Shown: one piece after another, positions 9,070-17,187 of the stretch | Numbering within the stretch: position 1 is the stretch's first letter | Layout of the letters: each line of letters opens with the position of its first letter | Assembly (NCBI GenBank): GCA_963541275.1 | Contig: CAUTSC010000001.1 | Coordinates: forward strand, 329,879-393,878 | DNA length: 64,000 nt | Direction: 5' to 3' | From: an uncultured Pseudomonadota bacterium | GTDB lineage: Bacteria; Pseudomonadota; Alphaproteobacteria; Rs-D84; CACZYB01 | The notes under the pieces: generated by a model | What the model saw: only the letters and a program-made list of their open reading frames with translations | What the model was told of the DNA's origin: nothing | Databases searched by the model: none | Translations under genes and position numbers: made by a program

Positions 9070-9190
9070 GTGTGCTGTAAAGCATAGTACAAAAAGGGTA
9101 TATTCCTACTGTAATGGTAGGAAGGTGTAGGAATATTCAAATACTATACACTATTTCCATTTAATATAGTTTTCAGCTTCCTATCGCTAA
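9070..9190 (+). promoter_or_regulatory. conserved leader / operator-like element, copy 1 (TAGGAA/TTCCTA repeat array) upstream of cassette 1
   Basis: ...TTCCTACTGTAATGGTAGGAAGGTGTAGGAATATTCAAATACTATACACTATTT....CTTCCTATC is near-identical to 61849..61952. It contains an inverted repeat TTCCTAC/GTAGGAA and four TAGGAA half-sites. Confidence 0.55.
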
Positions 9191-9221
9191 TGATTAGTGA
9201 TGAAAAACAAGGAGAGACTAT

Positions 9222-9707
9222 ATGAAAAAATCAAAAATTAAGTATGCGATTTTACTTGGGTTGTTATTGTATAAATCCAGTTCTTTTGCTGCAAGCGATG
9301 CAACAAAAAAGCTTATACATGAAACCCTTGCAAAATATGGAATAAGTTCCGGCGGGAAAGAAGTATGCGGTACGGGACGAGAGCCAGAATATAACAATCA
9401 AACGGGAGTGGTAAAATGTAAAAACAATGCTGATGGCGACAGCAATAACTGCTGGGATGCAAGTTCCAGATTATGTAAAGAATGTCCCGTCGGTACAATA
9501 GTTAGTTCAAAAGATCACATAACCTGCAGACAAATTGTATGTCCAGATGGATTTGAGCTGAAAGAAATTATAAACAATGAATGTCCAGATGGTTTTGAAA
9601 TCAAATGGTTTGATGAAACTTGTGATGCAGAAACCTACGGCTTTAATGAAGTTATGGCAACAAAAAATTACACCACACAATCAACAAATTGTAAAAACAT
9701 AAAATAA
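9222..9707 (+). CDS. Cys-rich secreted protein, cassette 1 gene A (conserved N-module ATKKLIHETLAKYGISSGGKEVCG plus variable CPxG[FYM]E[LI] repeats)
   Basis: It has a signal peptide, MKKSKIKYAILLGLLLYKSSSFA, and a GGAGAG RBS. The N-terminal 24 aa after the signal are almost identical to the 61966 ORF. The C-terminal half is Cys-rich with CPDGFEL/CPDGFEI repeats. Confidence 0.7.
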   Translation: MKKSKIKYAILLGLLLYKSSSFAASDATKKLIHETLAKYGISSGGKEVCGTGREPEYNNQTGVVKCKNNADGDSNNCWDASSRLCKECPVGTIVSSKDHITCRQIVCPDGFELKEIINNECPDGFEIKWFDETCDAETYGFNEVMATKNYTTQSTNCKNIK

Positions 9708-9718
9708 AGGAGGAGAAT

Positions 9719-10576
9719 ATGAAAAAACATAAAATAAGTAAATTAGCATTGTTAACAGGATTGTTAATGATAAACACAAACACAAAAGGTTTCTATCAAT
9801 GCGTTCCTAAACAGGATTGGTTTAAGAAACAATATTATATCTTGACATTAGAGGATAAATTTAGAGTTGCTAAAACACAGATAAATAATCATAATCTGTG
9901 GATATTAGTTGAAGAAAATAAAACAAGTGGGAGTTTAGGTATCGGGATATATAAAGTAATAGTTGCAGGTGGGTGTGGAGGTGGTGGTGGAAGTGCAGGG
10001 AAAGATTATGAGGAGTATAATGTGTATTATTATCGTAGTGGTGGTGCTGGAGCAGTAGGGGAAATATCAATGAAACTATTTTATATTGATAGGTTAATGT
10101 CATATGCTGCCTGTATAGGATTAAAGGGTAGAAATGGAAGTGTTGGAGCTGGGGATGGAGGAAGTGGTGGTGGAGGAGGTGCAGGGTCTGCATTTAAAAT
10201 TAATGATTTAGAAATAATGGTTTCTGGAGGAGGTGGTGGAGGAGGTGCTTCTTCTCCTCATGGGGGAGGTGGTGGCGGTGGTGGCGGATATGGATGTGAA
10301 ATAGGAGGAAGAGGAGGATGGGGAAATAATAGTTATGATCATGTAAGTGGAGGAAATATTGTTAGAGATAGATATTTAGGTGGTGCTAAAGGGATAGATG
10401 GAGGAGAAGATTATGGAAACAATGGTGGAAGTGGTGGAAAAGGTGGTAGACCATGTGCAAATGGGGGTGTTGGAGGTACAGATTTGGGAAGTGGAGTAGG
10501 TGGTAATAGTTGTGCTACAAAAGGAAATGGCAATACTGGTGATGGTTATGTTAAAATTTACAAATATATTGGATAA
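9719..10576 (+). CDS. Gly-rich secreted protein, cassette 1 gene B
   Basis: It has a signal peptide and the conserved FYQCVPK..W start. Long GGGGGGG/GGSGG tracts give a local GC spike from GGN codons. The conserved C-terminus is GDGYVKIYKYIG. It is a paralog of 62523..63080. The RBS is AAGGAGGAG. Confidence 0.7.
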   Translation: MKKHKISKLALLTGLLMINTNTKGFYQCVPKQDWFKKQYYILTLEDKFRVAKTQINNHNLWILVEENKTSGSLGIGIYKVIVAGGCGGGGGSAGKDYEEYNVYYYRSGGAGAVGEISMKLFYIDRLMSYAACIGLKGRNGSVGAGDGGSGGGGGAGSAFKINDLEIMVSGGGGGGGASSPHGGGGGGGGGYGCEIGGRGGWGNNSYDHVSGGNIVRDRYLGGAKGIDGGEDYGNNGGSGGKGGRPCANGGVGGTDLGSGVGGNSCATKGNGNTGDGYVKIYKYIG

Positions 10577-10579
10577 TGT

Positions 10580-10608
10580 GTAAGATAGTATTTACTATCT
10601 TACTTTTC
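10580..10608 (+). terminator. hairpin terminator after cassette 1 (overlaps the glgB stop)
   Basis: GTAAGATAGTA-tt-TACTATCTTAC followed by TTTTC. Confidence 0.5.
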
Positions 10609-12793
10609 ATTCCATATTCATAAGTATAACACAGCTAAGGGGTGGTAGGGTTATATTGATTGAAAATTGTTTATTGTGCCATGGGGTGTTTTCTGTTTCT
10701 ATTGTCATTCGGTTTTTAACTCCACTGCCACCATACATAATGTCATCGCTGTTAAAAATTTCTTTTAAAATTGTATCTTTTGTGATACCAACTCTGTAAT
10801 CATATCTTACAACCGGAGTCATATTTACAACTATTATAACAAAATTATTTTTGCTGCTGTCATATCTTATATAACTGAAAATTTGATTATTTATATCATC
10901 TCCACAAATCCATTCAAAAAGATCTTTATTAGAGTCACCCTGATATAAACATTTATTGGTTGTATAAAGTAAATTTAAATCTTTTACCAGGTTTTGGATT
11001 CCTTTGTGTTTTGGATCATTTAATAAATGCCAATCAAGACTTTGTTCTTTATTCCATTCGTTATATTGACCAAACTCCCCCCCCATAAATAATAATTTTT
11101 TTCCAGGGTAAGACCACATGAAAGATAAAAATAACCTTAAATTTGCAAATTTTTGCCATTCATCACCTGGCATTTTTGAAAGCAAACTTTGTTTTCCATA
11201 AACAACTTCATCATGAGAAATTGGAAGCACAAAATTTTCACTGAACGCATAATGAAATGTAAATCCAATTAAATGTTGATGATATTTTCTGTAAACTGGA
11301 TCTTTTGTAAAATAGGAAAGTATGTCATGCATCCAACCCATATTCCATTTATAACCAAAACCCAGTCCTCCACAATTAACTGGTTTTGAAACATCTTTCC
11401 AACTGGTGGATTCTTCGGCATATGATGCAAAATGTGGACATTTTTCATAAAGTAAAATGTTGGTGTTTTTTAAAAAATCTATTGCTTCTAAATTATCGTG
11501 CCCACCATATTTATTTGGCGTCCATTCACCTGGACTTTTTGAATAGTCAAGATATAACATAGATGCAACCGCATCAAAGCGAAGTCCGTCAACTTTATAT
11601 TCTGTTAACCAAAAAAGGGCAGAGGAAAATAAAAAATTAACAACTTCTTTTTTAGAGTAGTCATAAATTTTTGTACCCCAATCTTTATGTTCACCTTTTT
11701 TAGTATCCGCATATTCATAAAGTGGTGTTCCATCAAAATTAGCAAGTCCGTGCGGATCCTTTGGAAAATGTGCCGACACCCAATCAAGTATAACGGCAAT
11801 ACCAGCCTTATGACATTCATTTATAAAATATTTAAAATCTGTTGGTGTACCATATCTGGATGTTGGGGCAAACATGCCAATTGTTTGATAACCCCATGAA
11901 TCATCAAATGGATATTCCATAACAGGCATTATTTCAATATGTGTGAAACCCATATATTTAACATAAGGGATAAGTTCGTTTGCAAGATCGCGATAAGTAA
12001 GCCAAAAATAACCATCCTTTTTTCGCCAAGAACCAAGATGAACTTCGTAAATTGAGATAGGTTTTGAAATGGAGTTAATAGTGTCTTTTTTTAGATTCCA
12101 TTCTGGTGTTTCATCCCAATTAAAATTTTTTATATCCCAAACAATAGAAGCATTTTTTGGTCTCATTTCTTGAAAAAAACCAAAAGGATCAGTTTTAAAT
12201 GGAAGTAGTTTTTTATTTTTATCCAAGAGTTCAAATTTGTAAAGCTCACCATCACCAATGTCAGGAATAAATATATCCCACAAACCACTTGTTAAATGTT
12301 TTCTCATAACATTAACACGCCCATCCCAATTATTAAAATTGCCAATCACACTTACCCTGTGTGCGTTTGGTGCCCAAAGTGCGAATGAAACACCCTTTAT
12401 TCCATTAAGGGTTATTGTTTGCGCACCAAGTTTGTTAAATAATTCAAAATGACGACCTTCACAAAATAAATAATCATCTATATCGCCAATTATGGATGGA
12501 AAATTATAAACATCATTTTTAATTGTTTCATTATTATTATAATCAATGATTTTTAATTTATAATTAGTGATTGCTTCTGTAAATTGTAGTTCAAATAATC
12601 CAAACTCGTGAATTTTTTGCATTTGAAATTCAGTGTTGTTTTTGATTATAAAAATTGATTTTGCAGTTGGAATAAAAACTCTTATCACACAAGCTGTATC
12701 AAAATTATGAAGTCCCAAAACAGAAAATGGATCAGTATGAAAACCATTTACAATAGCATCAATTTCTTGATTGTTTAAAACTTGTGCTGACAA
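10607..12793 (-). CDS. glgB: 1,4-alpha-glucan (glycogen) branching enzyme
   Basis: A 728-aa protein with GH13 catalytic motifs: GLRFDAV, HFPKD, YAESHD-like, and the GFGYKWNMGWMHD block typical of GlgB. Confidence 0.95.
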   Translation of the reverse strand: MSAQVLNNQEIDAIVNGFHTDPFSVLGLHNFDTACVIRVFIPTAKSIFIIKNNTEFQMQKIHEFGLFELQFTEAITNYKLKIIDYNNNETIKNDVYNFPSIIGDIDDYLFCEGRHFELFNKLGAQTITLNGIKGVSFALWAPNAHRVSVIGNFNNWDGRVNVMRKHLTSGLWDIFIPDIGDGELYKFELLDKNKKLLPFKTDPFGFFQEMRPKNASIVWDIKNFNWDETPEWNLKKDTINSISKPISIYEVHLGSWRKKDGYFWLTYRDLANELIPYVKYMGFTHIEIMPVMEYPFDDSWGYQTIGMFAPTSRYGTPTDFKYFINECHKAGIAVILDWVSAHFPKDPHGLANFDGTPLYEYADTKKGEHKDWGTKIYDYSKKEVVNFLFSSALFWLTEYKVDGLRFDAVASMLYLDYSKSPGEWTPNKYGGHDNLEAIDFLKNTNILLYEKCPHFASYAEESTSWKDVSKPVNCGGLGFGYKWNMGWMHDILSYFTKDPVYRKYHQHLIGFTFHYAFSENFVLPISHDEVVYGKQSLLSKMPGDEWQKFANLRLFLSFMWSYPGKKLLFMGGEFGQYNEWNKEQSLDWHLLNDPKHKGIQNLVKDLNLLYTTNKCLYQGDSNKDLFEWICGDDINNQIFSYIRYDSSKNNFVIIVVNMTPVVRYDYRVGITKDTILKEIFNSDDIMYGGSGVKNRMTIETENTPWHNKQFSINITLPPLSCVILMNME

Positions 12794-12941
12794 AATTTTT
12801 CCTTATTTTCAATTTTATTGTAAGGTATATATTTTTTTTATAATATGCAATATGATTTTAAAATAAATTTTGCTATTTTATGCTTGCTATATATAAAAAA
12901 TTGTATTAGAAAATATAACGAAGGAGCGAAAGGAAAAAGGG

Positions 12942-14621
12942 ATGCGCAAAGGTGTAGTGTTATTTTTAATATCTTTTGGTATTGTGAATAATTGCTATGC
13001 GCTTACTTTTACAGGGGTGAAAAATTCTGTTGAAAATTTTGCCCCTAATATCGCAACAATTGATGATATACAAAAGCAACCTTCAAATGTTGCAATGATT
13101 CCTGATGCACCAATTATTTCACAAACACAGACAGAAAAAAATATTGATGGTGAAAAAGATGTTGCAAAATTGGATACAGATATTTTACCTGTTGAAATTG
13201 AGAAGGAGGAAGAAGATAAAGTTGAAAAAGAGTATGTGAAACCTGTTAAACAAGCAGTTATAAAAGCAGCAGAAAAAAAACTTGTAAAGAAGACAAAAAA
13301 AACTATAAAAAAAAATACAAACGATACGTTTGATAGTTTAAAAGTTGGTGATGGCAAAGAAATTTTGGTATCCATGTCTATTCCAAATAATTACAAGGTA
13401 GATGAAAATAAACAGGAAAAGATTGCAGAAAAAAAAGTTGTAAAAAAATATAAAAAAAGAAAGAAAAATTATAAAAGTGAGAATTTAACCACTTCTATAA
13501 CAGAGCCAATAATTTATGATAAACAGATAATTTTAGCAGATAGTATCAAATCAAAAAAGAATCCTATTTTTCCAATATTAAACAAAGCATTTAAAAAGGA
13601 AGAAAATGATATAGTTGAAAAACCAACGCTTGAACCAGTAGCCCCTGTTATACCAGAGACAAAAACTGCTTTTTCAAATTTTGATTCTGATGAATTGCCA
13701 AAATCTTTGGAACCTTTAGTTGATAAAACCACCCAAAAAAAATTGAAAAAAAATAAAAATATTGAGTATATAAATTATGGGGCAGAAATAAAAAATAATC
13801 CTTTTTTAAAGGCATTTTCTGCATTAAGACCAGAAAAAGTTAATGAAAATAAATTTATTCCAACTATTGCAAGTCCAAGGAAAAAACGTGAAAAAACTAT
13901 TGCTTTTGTTCCATCATCTGTTTTAAAAAATGATTTAAAAAAAACTTATTTATCAGATAACAAATATTTATCCCCAGTTGAATCTGTTGATGGTGATGAT
14001 GTTGCTGTGGAAGATGAGGCGCAAGATGAAAATAAAGAAGAAGATACACCCGAAGCAGCTGACACAGATACAATTTTGGAATTAAAGGATACAGATACAA
14101 ATAATACAGAAAAAAAAGAAGAGGAAAAATCAACAGAAAGTAAAAAGACAGAAGATATTGATATTCAAAAGGTAAAAGAGCAGTTAAAGACTTTAAAAAA
14201 AGAGCAAAATATAACGGGGTCTTTAAAAGTATCTGGTCGTGAAGTGTTGCATATGAAAATAGAATTTGATAAAAAAAGCAGTGCTCTTTCAACAGAAAGT
14301 ATAAATTTACTTCGTTCTTTTGGTCAAATTGTTGTTGATAAGCCGACAAACTCTATTGAAATAAGTCTTCCTATGTCTGTTATGAACAACATTGATAAGA
14401 AAAAATTAACTGCTCGTAGGCTTGCCATAGTTGCCAATGTGTTAAGGAATACTGGAATATCCGATAAACAAATAAATCCAGTGTTAAGTAGTCGTGATGA
14501 AGACAGCTTTGCATTCCGTATTATATCAAATGATAAAATTGTTCAACACAAAGTTGGTGGTGGTAAAGACATAATGGGTGATGAAACGAGCAGTAAAATT
14601 TATGACCTTATGAAATGGTAG
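12942..14621 (+). CDS. K/E-rich secreted low-complexity protein with C-terminal OmpA/MotB-like peptidoglycan-binding-like domain
   Basis: It has a signal peptide and long KK.KK/EEE low-complexity stretches. The C-terminus ...SIEISLPMSVMNNIDKKKLTARRLAIVANVLRNTGISDKQI... resembles an OmpA_C-like domain (LSxRRAxxV..L). Confidence 0.45.
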   Translation: MRKGVVLFLISFGIVNNCYALTFTGVKNSVENFAPNIATIDDIQKQPSNVAMIPDAPIISQTQTEKNIDGEKDVAKLDTDILPVEIEKEEEDKVEKEYVKPVKQAVIKAAEKKLVKKTKKTIKKNTNDTFDSLKVGDGKEILVSMSIPNNYKVDENKQEKIAEKKVVKKYKKRKKNYKSENLTTSITEPIIYDKQIILADSIKSKKNPIFPILNKAFKKEENDIVEKPTLEPVAPVIPETKTAFSNFDSDELPKSLEPLVDKTTQKKLKKNKNIEYINYGAEIKNNPFLKAFSALRPEKVNENKFIPTIASPRKKREKTIAFVPSSVLKNDLKKTYLSDNKYLSPVESVDGDDVAVEDEAQDENKEEDTPEAADTDTILELKDTDTNNTEKKEEEKSTESKKTEDIDIQKVKEQLKTLKKEQNITGSLKVSGREVLHMKIEFDKKSSALSTESINLLRSFGQIVVDKPTNSIEISLPMSVMNNIDKKKLTARRLAIVANVLRNTGISDKQINPVLSSRDEDSFAFRIISNDKIVQHKVGGGKDIMGDETSSKIYDLMKW

Positions 14622-15346
14622 AATTTTTAAAATCTGTTTTAAATTTTATTTTTCCACCAAGTTGTATTATTTGTGATTCCAATCTGTTTTTAAATGATGG
14701 TTTGTGCAGTGATTGTTTGAATGAGTTAAAATTTATAACTAAACCATTTTGTAATTGTTGCGGATATCCATTTGATTTACAAGAATACGAAGTTTTAGAC
14801 AGCTTTTTATGTGCAAAATGTCTTGCAAAACATTATAAATTTGATATGGCAAGATCTGTTCTTTGTTATAATGATATATCAAAAAAAATTATTTTGCCCT
14901 TTAAACATGCTGATAAAACTGGCTATAAAAATTTTATTGCAAAATTAATGATAAATGCAGGGACAGATTTATTAAAAGATACAGATATTATAATCCCAGT
15001 TCCAATACATTTTACAAGGCTTTTAAAACGAAAATACAATCAAGCAACTTTGCTTTCTAATATTATAAGTAAAAAAACAAAAATCCCTATGTACTATGAT
15101 GTTTTATTTAGAATCAAAAAAACAAAATCCCAGGGGCATTTAACGACAAAACAAAGACAAGCAAATGTTTTAAATGCTTTTGTTGTTAAAAATGCTTATA
15201 AAATAAAGGGTAAAAAAATACTACTTATAGATGATGTTTTTACAACTGGTGCAACACTTAATGGATGTGCTAAAATCCTTAAAAAAAATGGAGCAGGAAA
15301 AGTTTATGTGTTAACCTTTGCTCGTGTTGTTCATAGCGTAAAATAA
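14615..15346 (+). CDS. comF: ComF-family competence protein (phosphoribosyltransferase domain)
   Basis: An N-terminal Cys4 zinc finger (CIIC...CSDC...CNCC) and a C-terminal PRTase motif, LLIDDVFTTGATL. Confidence 0.75.
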   Translation: MVEFLKSVLNFIFPPSCIICDSNLFLNDGLCSDCLNELKFITKPFCNCCGYPFDLQEYEVLDSFLCAKCLAKHYKFDMARSVLCYNDISKKIILPFKHADKTGYKNFIAKLMINAGTDLLKDTDIIIPVPIHFTRLLKRKYNQATLLSNIISKKTKIPMYYDVLFRIKKTKSQGHLTTKQRQANVLNAFVVKNAYKIKGKKILLIDDVFTTGATLNGCAKILKKNGAGKVYVLTFARVVHSVK

Positions 15347-15403
15347 TTTTTATTTTTTGATTTTAATATTTAAATTTATATTATAGAGTTTAAAAATGAG
15401 GAA

Positions 15404-15967
15404 TTGGTGATGATAAATTATAATGTGTTTTTTGATATGGATGGAGTTTTGGCTGATTTTGATAAATTTGCAAGAAATGTTGTAAATAATAAAGGCATAA
15501 ATAAACCATCAAAAAATTTAACTGAAGATGAAAAAACTAAAAAAGCTCTATTTTGGACTAAAATTATAACAACCTATCCAAAATGTTGGCTTGATTTTGA
15601 ACTTATTGATGGGATTAAAGAAATAGTTGAGAATTTATCAAAACAAAAAAATATCACACTTTATATTTTGTCATCAATACCCAGTTTGAAACATTGCTTG
15701 TTAAAAAATTTTGATACAGAAAGCTACAGAAATCTTGTAAAAATTTATAAAATAGAATGGCTTAAAAAATATAATTTATTTGGTTATTTTAAAAAAATAT
15801 TTTTGGTTGATAATGATAAAACAAATTATATGATAAGTGGCGAAAAAAATATTTTAATTGATGACCGACCAGCAAATATAAATGATTGGAAATTAAGCAA
15901 GGGGATTGGAATATTATTTCAAACGGCAAACCAGTTGGAAACTGATTTAAAGGAGATAATAATATGA
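15404..15967 (+). CDS. HAD-superfamily 5'(3')-deoxyribonucleotidase-like protein
   Basis: The N-terminal FFDMDGVLADF (HAD motif I, DxDxV) is as in NT5C-type deoxynucleotidases; 187 aa. Confidence 0.55.
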   Translation: MVMINYNVFFDMDGVLADFDKFARNVVNNKGINKPSKNLTEDEKTKKALFWTKIITTYPKCWLDFELIDGIKEIVENLSKQKNITLYILSSIPSLKHCLLKNFDTESYRNLVKIYKIEWLKKYNLFGYFKKIFLVDNDKTNYMISGEKNILIDDRPANINDWKLSKGIGILFQTANQLETDLKEIII

Positions 15968-16593
15968 TTAAAAATTTTGAACAAAAAAGACCGCAAGATT
16001 TAATAACAGCATTAAAACAAACTACACTTCTTGGTGATGAAAATATATATCCTTATGAAAATGCAATAATATCATTAAAGACTTTTAATTATAAAGATAT
16101 ATCACCAGTTCAATTTTATTATCTGCTTAACAATGTATTATTGTTAAAAAATTTAAAAAGTGATTTTAAAAATCATAATATTGATATCTTAAATCTTGAT
16201 GGTTATGTAAATTTTGAAGTGGATAACTATGATAAAAAATTAACTATGAGCCCACCAATTATTGAAAATGTGGATGGACAAAATTTACTGGTTGATGGTA
16301 TGCACAGGGTAGTTTTATCAATGATGCTTGGCAAAAATATAAAATGTGCATACATAGAAAATATTAAACCAGAACATTATACTTATGCTGTTTCTAATCC
16401 AAATGGATGGAGAGATGTAAAGTTATTTAGAGAAGAAATTCCAGAAAATTTTAAAACAAGAAACAGCAGATATGATGGAAATTACAGATATTATCGCAGA
16501 ATGTATAATTTTGAGGGTAAGATACAAATTCCACGCGAACATACATTAAAAACAGATTCTTATTTCAGGGAAATGATGTCAAAACAAAGATAA
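15964..16593 (+). CDS. ParB/sulfiredoxin-like nuclease-domain protein (hypothetical)
   Basis: It overlaps the upstream gene by 4 nt (ATGA). The motif LLVDGMHRVVLSMMLG matches the ParB/Srx DGxHR signature. It has a basic/aromatic C-terminus. Confidence 0.45.
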   Translation: MIKNFEQKRPQDLITALKQTTLLGDENIYPYENAIISLKTFNYKDISPVQFYYLLNNVLLLKNLKSDFKNHNIDILNLDGYVNFEVDNYDKKLTMSPPIIENVDGQNLLVDGMHRVVLSMMLGKNIKCAYIENIKPEHYTYAVSNPNGWRDVKLFREEIPENFKTRNSRYDGNYRYYRRMYNFEGKIQIPREHTLKTDSYFREMMSKQR

Positions 16594-16600
16594 CAATGAT

Positions 16601-17089
16601 TTAGATATTTGTTTTTGTTTTACGCTTATTTTTAAAAAAATCTTTTAACATTTTGCTTGCTTGTTTTTCAAGGTATCCACAGGAATATGTTGGTTTATAC
16701 AGATTTTTTTGCTTGTCATATAATTGTATTCCGTTTATAACTGCGCCTCCCTTTATATCACTTGCCCCAAAATAAATGTTTTTTATTTTTGCAAATGATA
16801 TTGCTGTGGCACACAAAGGACAAGGTTCAAGCGTGATAAAAATACTTGTATCAAATAAATATTTTTCTTTTGTTTTTTTTAATGCTTTGTTAATTGCAAT
16901 TATTTCAGCATGTTTTAATGGATTTTGTTTTTTTTCAATCTGATTATATCCTTTTGCAATAATATTTTTATTTTTATCAATTATCACTGCTCCAACTGGG
17001 ACTTCATCATTTTTTAATGCTTTTTTTGCCTCATTTATGGCAAGCTTCATAAAATAATCTATCTCTTTTTGTGATAAGTTTGTATCCAT
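16601..17089 (-). CDS. tadA: tRNA-specific adenosine deaminase
   Basis: HAEIIAI and PCPLCATA zinc-binding CDA motifs; 162 aa. Confidence 0.85.
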   Translation of the reverse strand: MDTNLSQKEIDYFMKLAINEAKKALKNDEVPVGAVIIDKNKNIIAKGYNQIEKKQNPLKHAEIIAINKALKKTKEKYLFDTSIFITLEPCPLCATAISFAKIKNIYFGASDIKGGAVINGIQLYDKQKNLYKPTYSCGYLEKQASKMLKDFFKNKRKTKTNI

Positions 17090-17187
17090 ATAAAATGTTC
17101 TTGTCTATCTTGATTTTTTATAATAAATTACTATACATTATTATATAGTTGAAAATTTTAAATACAATATTGAAAGAGAAGGTTAAA

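Larger units (their letters stand above)
7970..9220. repeat. 1.25-kb noncoding, repeat-rich AT-rich block (no ORF >=60 aa in any frame)
   Basis: It contains several short repeat families. GCCAATTTTT..AAAAATTATATA occurs at about 8143 and 8404. TTGCTTGCAAAAATTATA occurs at about 8303 and 8999. A 75-nt direct repeat occurs at 8716 and 8945. An 80-nt element also occurs after secA. Confidence 0.5.

Noticed and set aside
15404-16593. Prophage remnant interpretation of the deoxynucleotidase + ParB-like pair
   Set aside because: There are no capsid, terminase, integrase or other phage genes nearby. The pair is kept as a finding but not called mobile.
17149-17187. Track start of secA at 17149 (MKILNTILKEKVK...)
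   Set aside because: The canonical SecA N-terminus begins at MLGFLTKLIFG (17188), with a GAAGG RBS 7 nt upstream. The upstream 13 codons are probably untranslated.
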